From Chthoniobacterales bacterium (lineage in GTDB: Bacteria > Verrucomicrobiota > Verrucomicrobiia > Chthoniobacterales > UBA6821), in the NCBI GenBank assembly GCA_019747895.1, contig JAIEQF010000008.1, forward strand, positions 13,501 to 77,500: a stretch of 64,000 nt of DNA, given 5' to 3'. The notes beneath the pieces were generated by a model, which was not told the origin of the DNA, did no database searches, and saw only the letters and a list, made by a program, of their open reading frames with translations. Within the stretch, counting starts at the first letter, position 1. Each line of letters begins with the position of its first letter. Below are positions 18,727 to 28,067 of the stretch, piece after piece. Position numbers and translations under genes: made by a program.

Positions 18727-19887
18727 CTATGGTTCCACCGTCGTCACATACCCAAACGCTCCATCCTTAACAGTGAGGATCACGATGCTTTTCTTCGGAT
18801 CATGACTTCCTGGTTCGTAAATAAAGTTTCCTGTGATTCCTGAGAAATGCTCGACTTGAGCCATCGCATCACGGATCGCAGTCCGATCAGATTTTCCTGC
18901 TTTGATGATGGCTTCTGATAAAATGCCCATCGTGTCATATGTTAATGCTGCAATGTCATCTGGCAGTTGACCAAATTTGGCCTGATATTCTGTAATGAAA
19001 TTCTTTACTTGAGGTGCATCTGATTGAGTCGAAAAATGGTTAGAAAGGAAGGAGCCATTGAGACGATGCCCTGAATCAAGCTTCAACATTTCAGGCGTGC
19101 TCCAAGAATTTCCTCCTAGAAAAATAGCAGTGATGCCTAGGCGTCGTGCCTGTTCAGCAATGAGGGGAGCATCATTGTAATAAGCTGGCAAAAAGAGAAC
19201 GTCAGGGTTGGTCGCTTTTATTTTTGTTAATTGAGCACTGAAATCTCGATCACCTGTGCTGTATGTTTCTGAAGCAACAATTTTTCCTCCATCTGCAGTG
19301 AAGGCATTTTTAAAATAGCGAGCAGCGCTAGTGGGATATTCGCTGGAGGTGTCATAGAGCATGGCAGCTTTTTTAAGATGAAGCTGGCGAGTTGCAAATT
19401 GAGCGAGCGCGGGAATTTCAACAGCATCGGTAAAACAACCACGGAAGATATTTTTCTTAAATGTTCCTGTTTTAGAATTCAGCGTGGTGTTGGGATTAGT
19501 CGACCAAGGAGAAAACATGAGGCAATTGAGACTCTCTGCAATCTCTGCCGCTGGAATAGCACAGGAGCTAATGTTCGGCCCTACCATCGCCAGGATATTT
19601 TGCTGAGAGATCAGGCGTTGAGCCACCGCTGCCGCTTGGTCAGGCTTAGCTCCATTGTCGCCAACAATGAGTGAAATGGGCATCTTTACACCACCAACAT
19701 CGAGGCCTCCTTGCTGATTGATGTGCTCTACAAAAAGTTTTGCAGCATTGACACACGAGGCTCCTACAGCGGGAACTTCTCCGGTTAATTCGGCATTGAT
19801 TCCAATTTTCAGAACTTTTTTGTTAGAAGAACAAGCGCTGAAGAGCAAGCTCAAGACCAATAGTGGAAGAAGCAGGTTTTTTTTCAT
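18727..19887 (-). CDS. livK: Branched-chain amino acid ABC transporter substrate-binding lipoprotein (LivK/LivJ family)
   Basis: Lipobox FSAC, KIGINAELTG, DRDFSAQLTKIK, operon context. Confidence 0.88.
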   Translation of the reverse strand: MKKNLLLPLLVLSLLFSACSSNKKVLKIGINAELTGEVPAVGASCVNAAKLFVEHINQQGGLDVGGVKMPISLIVGDNGAKPDQAAAVAQRLISQQNILAMVGPNISSCAIPAAEIAESLNCLMFSPWSTNPNTTLNSKTGTFKKNIFRGCFTDAVEIPALAQFATRQLHLKKAAMLYDTSSEYPTSAARYFKNAFTADGGKIVASETYSTGDRDFSAQLTKIKATNPDVLFLPAYYNDAPLIAEQARRLGITAIFLGGNSWSTPEMLKLDSGHRLNGSFLSNHFSTQSDAPQVKNFITEYQAKFGQLPDDIAALTYDTMGILSEAIIKAGKSDRTAIRDAMAQVEHFSGITGNFIYEPGSHDPKKSIVILTVKDGAFGYVTTVEP

Positions 19888-20028
19888 ATACAATTTTAGC
19901 AATTGTGCCGCGCATTTAATAAGAATTAGGTCACTCTTGTCCAAAATAAATTTAAAAAGATTGATTTCTCTTTTGATGAAATCCGATAGCAGCTAGGAAT
20001 AGTCTTGGTTGAGCGCTGCTTCGCAGCT

Positions 20029-20118
20029 GGTGAAGGGTTGAGAGGTTGAAAGGAGGCTCAAAGTCATGTGACTCTCGTTTTACAAAAGAAGTCCTTTCAA
20101 CCCCTCAACTTTTCAACC
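20029..20118. repeat. Inverted 8-mer-arm cassette (GTTGAAAG family)
   Basis: GGTGAAGG GTTGAGAG GTTGAAAG paired with CTTTCAAC CCCTCAAC TTTTCAACC. Confidence 0.7.
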
Positions 20119-20222
20119 TGGAGCAGGACTTTCTGGATAGTTGTTGGGTTTCTATTTTCAAATTTAATTTCTTATTCTGGACAGCAATGGAATTAGGTCT
20201 TGAAATGACGAGAAGAAAAAAT

Positions 20223-20283
20223 GTTTATAGATTTATAGGTTTAAATTTTCTTCTTTTATTTATAAACCTGTAAACTAGTAAAC
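20223..20283. repeat. Inverted 8-mer-arm cassette (GTTTATAG family)
   Basis: GTTTATAG ATTTATAG GTTTA paired with TATAAAC CTGTAAAC TAGTAAAC. Confidence 0.65.
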
Positions 20284-20334
20284 TTTCTTCGAAATCAAAT
20301 TCCATTTTCTTTTTTTACAGAATCTCCTAAACAG

Positions 20335-20793
20335 TTAAAAGTCTTTCACCGAAGCGGAAGATTTGCGTTTTAAGATAAAGGAGAGGGGAGAAACCACATC
20401 ATTCGTGGTATCTATTTTTTTCTTCAGGTCAAACGTGACTGGTTCAATCCGTTCCTCCAAGAAAGAAGAATAATTTAAAGGCGTTTCTAAATGTTCCGAA
20501 AAAAGAGGCGAGGCATTCATTCCTCGCTGATTATTTAACCTAGGAGAGCGCAAGATTAAGACGCTCAGAAAAACAGCAATGGCTGTGACACTGGCATAGG
20601 CTACTACTGGAAGGCGAAAATGAGAAAAAAAGGTTGCCAATTGATCTTCCATTTTTTCAAAAAAAGAGGGTTGCATCGCGATAAGAGATTGTCGTCGATG
20701 AAATTCATCGATGAAACGCTCCACAGCATCTGCTGAAGGTAACTCGCAGGGGCTAGCAGCTCGTATTAAATTTTGAAGTGCTTGGTCATCCAT
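20335..20793 (-). CDS. Probable anti-sigma factor, single TM helix
   Basis: Directly downstream of the ECF sigma factor; FIDEFHRRQ N-terminal segment followed by one TM helix. Confidence 0.7.
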   Translation of the reverse strand: MDDQALQNLIRAASPCELPSADAVERFIDEFHRRQSLIAMQPSFFEKMEDQLATFFSHFRLPVVAYASVTAIAVFLSVLILRSPRLNNQRGMNASPLFSEHLETPLNYSSFLEERIEPVTFDLKKKIDTTNDVVSPLSFILKRKSSASVKDF

Positions 20794-20824
20794 AATGTTG
20801 ACAAAATAGTAGTGTTGCTTGGTT

Positions 20825-21415
20825 TTATTTTACATTAAATTCTTGCAGAGAGGTTTTCAACTGCTGGTGGGCATAAAAAAGTCGCGACCGAACTGTTCCT
20901 TCTGTCGTTTTAAGAATCTTAGCAATTTCAGATTGAGAAATTCCTTGAATATCAAAAAGAGTCACAACAGCACGATGCTGGCCTGAAAGCTGATCCATTG
21001 CTACCGTCAACTTTTTTTGAAACTCCTGCATGTTGATTAAATGCCGAGGGTCTTTTTTGTTGGCCTCAGCAAGAAAATCAGGATCGTTTTCCAAGTGCTC
21101 TTCGGTATTATCAAGGCTTGAATGTTGTCGTCGATTTCTTTTTTTAAGAAAATTAAGAGTCATGTTGACTGCAATACGATGGATCCAAGTATAAAAACTG
21201 GACTCTCCCTTGAAGGTGGCAATGACCTGGAAGGTTTTTGAAAAGACATCTTGGAGCAAATCATTCGTATCTTCATGATTAGAAGTCATGTGATAAATTA
21301 AGCCATAAAGTCGGCCATGATACTTTCGAATCAAATCATCAAAAGCAGAAGAGTCGCCTTTTTTTGTTTTGGCGACGAGATCGTTATCAGAAACCTCTTC
21401 TTCTAGTGATGACAT
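20825..21415 (-). CDS. ECF sigma-70 family RNA polymerase sigma factor
   Basis: DLLQDVF, FKGESSFYTWIHRIAVN, region 4 EIAKILKTTEGTVRSRLFYA. Confidence 0.93.
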   Translation of the reverse strand: MSSLEEEVSDNDLVAKTKKGDSSAFDDLIRKYHGRLYGLIYHMTSNHEDTNDLLQDVFSKTFQVIATFKGESSFYTWIHRIAVNMTLNFLKKRNRRQHSSLDNTEEHLENDPDFLAEANKKDPRHLINMQEFQKKLTVAMDQLSGQHRAVVTLFDIQGISQSEIAKILKTTEGTVRSRLFYAHQQLKTSLQEFNVK

Positions 21416-21483
21416 TGAGTTAAACTCTACTTTGTTTTTCTCTGAAGGGAAAACATTTTTTTACTCAGTCACGACAATGAGAG

Positions 21484-23469
21484 TCATGACAGATCATCAA
21501 CAATATCTTCCAGGTTTCTTGATGGAACTTGAATGCCTGCTGCTTGGGCTTGTTGGTCTGCTTGATCAAGAATAGTATGTGCGTCCTTAAGAAAAGATAG
21601 TCCGTCACTATGCACTCTTTGCGGTTCTGAAAAATCTTCCGCTGCTTCATAAAGAAGATGACAGGCATGCTTATACTGACTTGCTAGTTCTTGATTTCCC
21701 GCTTGCTCAGCAGCTTTAATGCTGTCGATAACTAGAAGAGCTTCTTTAGCTGTACAAGCAGTCTGATAAAAAAAATGTCCATAATAATTTAGGACCTGGC
21801 CCCTTATGCATCCATCCGGGAATATCCTCCTGTAGCTCTCCGCTATTGTTTTCAAAAAATAAGCTTTCGTAGGATAATATAGAGGATCGTTATTTAAGGC
21901 TTGATTGCTTTCTAATAAATATCCTTCTTGCTCAGGAGTTGATTTCGAAAACTTGCTAAGAGCTTCCTCATAATAAGTGGATGATAAGCTAAGAAGTTTG
22001 TGGGTGTTGAGCTGAGGTCTATAAAAGTCAAAAGAAACGTCATCAGGAAAATCCCATTCTTCTTTAAAAGGTGTCTCTATTATAATAGCAGGTTTGCTTT
22101 CTACACCCTGTTTTACCCTGATCAGGGCAGCACGACATTGATTTTCTAGAGGATCTCTTCTGTCATTAGTCAATTCGATCTGGGATAAAAAATTTAAAAC
22201 AGAGTGTTGAAGATTTATGCGGGGGAAAGGAGAAAAGTTACTAGCAACATTCATAGTAAAACGTGCGGCTTGCTCCAAAACAGCTTGCTTCTTAGGATCT
22301 GTAACTTGTTGAGCTTGATGGCGAAGCATTCGAGGAAAAAGACGAGCGCTTTGTCGCAGAGCATCCAATCTTGCCATTTTTGCTTCTCTTTGCTTTTGGA
22401 AAAATTCCGGAGTGCCTATTTCATATTTCTTTTGATCAAGAAGGCTTTTGGCATAATCACGATTTGCTTTTAAAAGATCATCAAACTGAGCTCGCTCTCC
22501 TTGAGGTAAAAAAGATAATTTTCCAATCACCCCATCAAGGATTCTGGCATTTTGTTCAAGATGCTCCAAGGTATTGTTAACGGCATCTATGGCCCTGAAC
22601 TTATCAAGATAAGGATTGAAGCCTTGCTTTGTCACCGTAGGTGGTTGATCCACAAATTGGAGATACTGCGTACGATAAGATTCAGCAGCCTCTTGTAATT
22701 CAAGGATAACTTTTTTTCCCTTTTCTTCCAAATCTTGGTAACTCGAAGAAGGACTGCTTTCGACTTCAGAGGTAATAGTAGTTTTTTTTGTTAAAAAGCC
22801 TGCTATTAATTTAAATAGTTCTGGACCCTTGAGCTTGTTTAATAAATTTTCACAAAAGCGCGTTTTCTCTTTGTTTAGTTGCTTTGCTAATTCAAGATCT
22901 CTCTCTTCTAATTTATTTTCTAATTGAAGAGCCTGCTTGCAAAATGTCCTGAGTGCACTTTCAGTAGGTTTAGAAGATAAGCCAAACCATGTTGATTCAA
23001 GAGGAAACCATTTTTCAAGGGTGGCCTCAACATCAATGAGTGGGGGCTTTCCATCATAACAGGAAGCACGATGGGTACTAATAAATCCGTGTAAAGATGC
23101 TTCTAACGCTCCATCGATGTTTCTGATCTTATCAAGAAGTGCATCATGTTGTCTTGCTGCGCTTGTTATGAGGAAGTTCTCTTTTGAAAAAAGATCAGTA
23201 ACAGCCATAAAAGGTCGTAAGGATTGATTTCCTTCAGAAGGATTTTCATGTCCACCTTCTTTTATAGAAGCGATGCTGTCGCCTCGGGGATTACCATCAG
23301 GATTGGCTTCCTTGGGCCCTGGCTCTGTAATCTCTCTTTGTCTTTGACTATCTGCCGCACCAGAGGAATATTTTTCTTCAGAGGATGGCTCTTTTTCTTC
23401 AATAGGCCACGCAACAAGGCCATGAAGGGTTAAAATAAAAGTGATTAAGGTAATCGAAAAAGACTTCAT
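21484..23469 (-). CDS. Hypothetical secreted protein, 661 aa
   Basis: Signal peptide MKSFSITLITFILTLHGLVA, low-complexity linker, helical charged body; no family recognised. Confidence 0.78.
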   Translation of the reverse strand: MKSFSITLITFILTLHGLVAWPIEEKEPSSEEKYSSGAADSQRQREITEPGPKEANPDGNPRGDSIASIKEGGHENPSEGNQSLRPFMAVTDLFSKENFLITSAARQHDALLDKIRNIDGALEASLHGFISTHRASCYDGKPPLIDVEATLEKWFPLESTWFGLSSKPTESALRTFCKQALQLENKLEERDLELAKQLNKEKTRFCENLLNKLKGPELFKLIAGFLTKKTTITSEVESSPSSSYQDLEEKGKKVILELQEAAESYRTQYLQFVDQPPTVTKQGFNPYLDKFRAIDAVNNTLEHLEQNARILDGVIGKLSFLPQGERAQFDDLLKANRDYAKSLLDQKKYEIGTPEFFQKQREAKMARLDALRQSARLFPRMLRHQAQQVTDPKKQAVLEQAARFTMNVASNFSPFPRINLQHSVLNFLSQIELTNDRRDPLENQCRAALIRVKQGVESKPAIIIETPFKEEWDFPDDVSFDFYRPQLNTHKLLSLSSTYYEEALSKFSKSTPEQEGYLLESNQALNNDPLYYPTKAYFLKTIAESYRRIFPDGCIRGQVLNYYGHFFYQTACTAKEALLVIDSIKAAEQAGNQELASQYKHACHLLYEAAEDFSEPQRVHSDGLSFLKDAHTILDQADQQAQAAGIQVPSRNLEDIVDDLS

Positions 23470-23532
23470 GCCATGTTTGGGGTGGAGGGGACAAGAAATT
23501 ATAATGCAACAATTTTATGAGTCAAAATCTAT

Positions 23533-24441
23533 TTAGACTTCAGAAACTAAAACCGGCAATCTTTGCTTTTCAATGCTAAACTTGATCGGTAAGTGAGAAA
23601 CCATTTCTCCATCTAATTCAAAGGGGATTTGAAAACGAGGGTCTTGAGAAATGATGGCAAGTTCTTTAGTTTTGAAGTATTGGACCGTGCGAAGAGATCT
23701 TGGCTGGCCTACGAGTAGGGCAGGAAGGTTGCCGAGTAATTCCCAAAAGTGGTGGTGCTTAAAAAGTAAAACATGGAGATGCCCATCATCGAGAGCAGCC
23801 TCTGGAAAAAAAGGAAAAGCTCCTCCGTAAAATTTTCCATTTCCTAGGAGAATTGAAGTCCCTTTCTTCTCACCATTCTCCTCACAACGCAACAAAAGAG
23901 TCGGTTGTTTTTTTAAAAGCACTTTTAAGAAAGAAAAGAAATAGCTCACTGGTCCAAAAGCCATTTTAAATGCGCTACTTGTTTCCTCAAGAACCTCTGC
24001 ATCTAAGCCGATACCTGCTAGCTGAACAAAGAAGCGTTGTTGCTGCGTTTCAAGGTAAGTGGCACAGGCAAGGTCCACATGGCGAGAACGATTTTCCAAA
24101 ATTACTTCCCAAGCTGCTTCAAGAGAATCGAGTGGGAGTTTTAATTCGGAAGCAAAAACATTCATCGTGCCGAGAGGCAAAACCCCAAGTGTAACGGCCT
24201 GATCGGCAGGAGAGCTCGAAACAATCCCATTCACGACCTCATTGATCAAACCATCGCCACCAGCAGCAACAATTTTTTTGTATCCTTGGGCAATAGCCTC
24301 TCGAGCTAATTCCTCAGCCTCTCTTGGCCGCGTGGTAAACCTGACAACGGGATTACCAGGAAGCTCCTGCAGCACCTCTACAAAATTCCCAGCACGACCA
24401 CTTCGCGCAGCTGGATTGAGAATGACAAAAGGAGAGTCCAT
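23533..24441 (-). CDS. Diacylglycerol kinase family (YegS/DagK-like) lipid kinase
   Basis: ILNPAARSG, AAGGDG, LPLGTMNVFA, GIGLDA, NGKFYGG, ELDGE. Confidence 0.9.
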   Translation of the reverse strand: MDSPFVILNPAARSGRAGNFVEVLQELPGNPVVRFTTRPREAEELAREAIAQGYKKIVAAGGDGLINEVVNGIVSSSPADQAVTLGVLPLGTMNVFASELKLPLDSLEAAWEVILENRSRHVDLACATYLETQQQRFFVQLAGIGLDAEVLEETSSAFKMAFGPVSYFFSFLKVLLKKQPTLLLRCEENGEKKGTSILLGNGKFYGGAFPFFPEAALDDGHLHVLLFKHHHFWELLGNLPALLVGQPRSLRTVQYFKTKELAIISQDPRFQIPFELDGEMVSHLPIKFSIEKQRLPVLVSEV

Positions 24442-24539
24442 GGTGGAAGAAGTAAAGGGTGAAGAGTAATCACTCTTGTCCAAAATAGAAATCAATAACA
24501 GAAATAAGAGGACTCAATTTGCTTTGTAGACCTACTTTG

Positions 24540-24588
24540 GTTGAAACGTTGAAGAGACCGCAATACGAGGTCTGTTCAACATTTCAAC
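24540..24588. repeat. Short inverted 8-mer-arm hairpin (GTTGAAA family)
   Basis: GTTGAAACGTTGAAGAGACC paired with GGTCTGTTCAACATTTCAAC. Confidence 0.65.
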
Positions 24589-24646
24589 TCTGTTAGCAGC
24601 AATAAAAAGTATTCTTATTTCAAATTAAACAATCGTTTTGGACAGC

Positions 24647-24796
24647 AGTGATGAGTAATGGGTAATGAGTAGCTGGCGCAAACGACAAAATGCTACTTTA
24701 AGTTTGTTTTTAAAAAATAAAACCTAGCAAATAAGAATTTCTGAAAACTGATTATCGTTCGATCTAAAAAATGCTCATTACTCATTAGTCATTACT
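24647..24796. repeat. Inverted heptamer-arm cassette (AGTAATG family)
   Basis: AGTGATG AGTAATG GGTAATG AGT paired with GCTCATT ACTCATT AGTCATT ACT. Confidence 0.78.
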
Positions 24797-24888
24797 TTGT
24801 TCTACAGTTGCTTCGGATTCCCAAGAAAATAATCTCTTCATTTTAAAAACGATTCACTTTTAAAAAGAGTCAAGGTAGAGTTTTTTTT

Positions 24889-25965
24889 GTGCCTATTCCA
24901 AAAAAAATCCTACTTATCTTAGCAATCGTTATTGTTGCTCTTGCGGGAGTCACACTATCGATCAATCTCATCATTCAATCTGCGACGGTGCAAGAGCAGT
25001 TTCATCAAACAGCTCAAAAAATAGTGGGCGTGCCGATCACGATGGGGAGACTCTCCTTCAATCCTTTTACAGGATTTCATCTTTCTCACGTTACGATAAC
25101 GGATGCTTCTCATCGTTCTGTTGAGGTTTCAGTACTCGATTTTATGCCAACATGGAGGTTGTTACTGTCTAAATATTGGGGGAGATCTTTAAATAATATT
25201 GAGAAGTGGGGCGGCATCTTGCGCGCTAGAAAAGTGACCTTGAACAACAGTTTTTCTTTAGAACATTTAAAAGCACACCTCAAGAAAAGAGCTGATAGTT
25301 TCTTGATTGATCCTTTTTCTAGTCAAGTCGCCGATGGAAAGCTGACGGGATCCTTTTTATTACAAGAAGGGAACGGCCTCTCTCCCTACCAACTCAATAT
25401 TCATTTCGCAGGGATCTCGCTTAAAGAATTGATGAAAGGCGTTCAATCCATCGAAGGGAAGGTTCAAGGAACTTTTTTTATGAAGGGTGTTTTGGAGAAT
25501 CTTGAAAAAAAAGAGGGTGAAGGAATGCTAGAAGTTATCGGCATGCAGTTCAAACCAGGCGGCCCTCTGGCTCAAATAGGTCAGCTCCTTGGCATCCAAG
25601 AACTGCAGCTTCTCAAATTTGATGAGGCTGTAGCCACCTATGCCGTGACGCCTCATCAATTGGTGGTCAAGTCACTCAAGTTGCATTCTAATAATTTAAT
25701 CATTCGTGGTCATGGAATAATTTCTTATGAGGGAACACTTCATTTGAGTGCTCTCTTGTTAGTGAATGCAAAATTGCAATCACGCCTTCAAGGGTTACTT
25801 CCGGTCGCCATGCTTGTTCCTTCGGGTGAAGCTGGTTTTGTTGCGCTTCCATTTGAAATCACTGGTTCTCTTGATCATCCTCACAGCACCTTGCTTGAGC
25901 ATGTGGCGCTTCCTGCCATTAACAATAATGTGCAAGGGCTCATCCAACAGATTTTTAAGTTTTAA
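24889..25965 (+). CDS. AsmA-like protein
   Basis: N-terminal TM anchor, beta-rich body, C-terminal LPFEITGSLDHP motif typical of AsmA-like C-termini. Confidence 0.7.
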   Translation: MPIPKKILLILAIVIVALAGVTLSINLIIQSATVQEQFHQTAQKIVGVPITMGRLSFNPFTGFHLSHVTITDASHRSVEVSVLDFMPTWRLLLSKYWGRSLNNIEKWGGILRARKVTLNNSFSLEHLKAHLKKRADSFLIDPFSSQVADGKLTGSFLLQEGNGLSPYQLNIHFAGISLKELMKGVQSIEGKVQGTFFMKGVLENLEKKEGEGMLEVIGMQFKPGGPLAQIGQLLGIQELQLLKFDEAVATYAVTPHQLVVKSLKLHSNNLIIRGHGIISYEGTLHLSALLLVNAKLQSRLQGLLPVAMLVPSGEAGFVALPFEITGSLDHPHSTLLEHVALPAINNNVQGLIQQIFKF

Positions 25966-25966
25966 C

Positions 25967-26518
25967 ATGCGCATTATTGCAGGTACAGCCAAAGGACGAA
26001 CGCTCAAGACTCCAGCTTCGATCACACGTCCCACGATGGATCGTGTGCGAGCGGCGATTTTTTCAATGCTTGGCGACCGTGTGCCCAATGCTCGTGTGCT
26101 CGATCTTTTTGCAGGAACGGGAGCGATGGGGATTGAAGCGCTGAGCCGCGGCGCTGATTCTGTTGCTTTTGTCGATCAAGATAAAAAATCGACGGAGGTC
26201 ATTCGTCAAAATTTAGAGCTCACCAAACTACGTGGAGAGATCAAACAAGTTGATGCAATTTCTTTTTTGAAATATCAACAAGCCTGTTTTGATCTGATTT
26301 TTGCCGATCCACCTTATGCTTCTAATGCTGATTCAGACTGGATCGCTAAGTTGTTATCGACTTCAGAACTTTTGAACGCGATAGCTGAGGATGGACTTTT
26401 GATCTTAGAATGTGAAAAGCAACAATTGTTGCCAGAGTTACAACATCTAGAAAAAATTATCGATCGCACTTATGGTGTGACGCGGATTGTCATCATGCGG
26501 AGGAAAAATCTCTCATGA
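25967..26518 (+). CDS. rsmD: 16S rRNA (guanine(966)-N2)-methyltransferase
   Basis: MRIIAGTAKGR, TRPTMDRVR, LDLFAGTGAMGIEALSRGA, FADPPY. Confidence 0.93.
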   Translation: MRIIAGTAKGRTLKTPASITRPTMDRVRAAIFSMLGDRVPNARVLDLFAGTGAMGIEALSRGADSVAFVDQDKKSTEVIRQNLELTKLRGEIKQVDAISFLKYQQACFDLIFADPPYASNADSDWIAKLLSTSELLNAIAEDGLLILECEKQQLLPELQHLEKIIDRTYGVTRIVIMRRKNLS

Positions 26519-27834
26519 AAATTTTTCAACTTTTTTACAATCTTTTTTTTCCGATTGCGTTTGTTGTCATTCTTCCAAGTTATTTGCCGCGGATGTTCAA
26601 ACGGGGAGGGTATGATAAGCAGTTTCTTCAACGATTAGGCGTCTTTGATGCCAAGACCAGCGCGCGCATTGGAACAGGTAGGATCTGGGTGCATGCGGTG
26701 AGTGTTGGAGAAATTTTAATCGCTCTCAAATTTATTCGCCGTTGGAAAGAAAAACATCCTGAAGCCCGTTTTCTGCTTTCTACCACCACAACAACAGCAT
26801 TAGCCATTGCCAATAAGCACACCTCTGATTGGTTAGAGCCTATTACCAATCCGGTTGATTTTTTCTTGATCACCAACAAACTGATTGATCGCTTTCAGCC
26901 AGCGGCACTCATCATGGTGGAGGGGGATGTTTGGCCACAGCGACTTTTTTATGGGAAGAAAAAGAAAATCCCAACAGCCATCGTCACTGCACGCCTTTCA
27001 CCTCGCTCGGAGGCACGTATGCGATTTTTTCGTTGGATTATCAAACCATTTTTTAATCAGCTTGATTTGATCACTCTTCCCTCAGCTAAGGATCAAGAAC
27101 GTTGGCTTTCGTTAGGCGTTGATCCATCACGGCTAAGCATTACAGGAAACATGAAGTATGATCAGCAGGGAGTTCCTTTAGTTGAGGTACCCAAAGATGT
27201 TGATGAGGTCTTTGGAAATCTTGGTTGGAAAAAAACAGATTCTATTTTTTTGGCAGGTAGCACGGATAACCTCGAAGAAGAAGAAATTTTGCTAAAGGCG
27301 TGGCTTGAGTTGCGGAAAAAATTTCCTGATCTGAGGCTGATCATTGCGCCACGTTATGTAGAACGTCGGCAAGAACTCGTCTCGTTTTTTACAAAACAAA
27401 ATATTTCTGTCGCTCTTCGTTCAGAAAAATCACCTCATCGTGCTGAAGTTCTGATTTTGGACACCACCGGCGAGCTCAATGCCTGGTACCTGACGGCAAC
27501 TTTCGTCTTTGTAGGAAAAAGCCTCCGCGTTGGAACTGCCCACGGGGGACACAACCCGGTAGAACCTTTGGTATTAAGACGTCCTATTTTACTGGGACCG
27601 TCGATGGAAAATTTTGAACCGTTGATTTCTGAACTGCGTGAGGTTCAAGGAGTGACTGAAGTTCGCAACGAAGAAGAAATCATTCAAATAGCAGAACGCT
27701 TTTTGCTTAATCCCCAAGAAGCAGCAGCCAGCGTGGAGCGAGGCCTTCAAGCTTTAATTGAACATCAAGGCTCGATGGATCGGACGTGTGACTTGCTGGG
27801 AAAACTACTCTTTCAAAACTCAAAAACCCTCTAG
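26515..27834 (+). CDS. waaA: 3-deoxy-D-manno-octulosonic acid transferase
   Basis: IWVHAVSVGE, STTTTT, TGNMKYD, IAPRY, DTTGEL, GGHNPVEP. Confidence 0.92.
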   Translation: MKIFQLFYNLFFPIAFVVILPSYLPRMFKRGGYDKQFLQRLGVFDAKTSARIGTGRIWVHAVSVGEILIALKFIRRWKEKHPEARFLLSTTTTTALAIANKHTSDWLEPITNPVDFFLITNKLIDRFQPAALIMVEGDVWPQRLFYGKKKKIPTAIVTARLSPRSEARMRFFRWIIKPFFNQLDLITLPSAKDQERWLSLGVDPSRLSITGNMKYDQQGVPLVEVPKDVDEVFGNLGWKKTDSIFLAGSTDNLEEEEILLKAWLELRKKFPDLRLIIAPRYVERRQELVSFFTKQNISVALRSEKSPHRAEVLILDTTGELNAWYLTATFVFVGKSLRVGTAHGGHNPVEPLVLRRPILLGPSMENFEPLISELREVQGVTEVRNEEEIIQIAERFLLNPQEAAASVERGLQALIEHQGSMDRTCDLLGKLLFQNSKTL

Positions 27835-28067
27835 GATGCCCTATATCGTCGTTTGTTGAGGTTGGTGCTATGAGCATAGTGCCTGAAATATTATTTCTAT
27901 TTTTACTTAAATTTAAATATATCAAACAAATAATAAGGGTGTTGCTATTAATGTTAGCGCATCTTTTATCAAAGATCCCTCAGTAGCCCTCTCTGTAAAA
28001 AGAGTGAAAATTCCTTAAGTTTGGTCCTAAAGGAGAACCAAAAGCAGGCTAAAAAGCGCCCTTTGCT

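Noticed and set aside
25766-25966. Long N-terminus of RsmD
   Set aside because: It overlaps the AsmA-like gene; the canonical MRIIAG start is at 25967.
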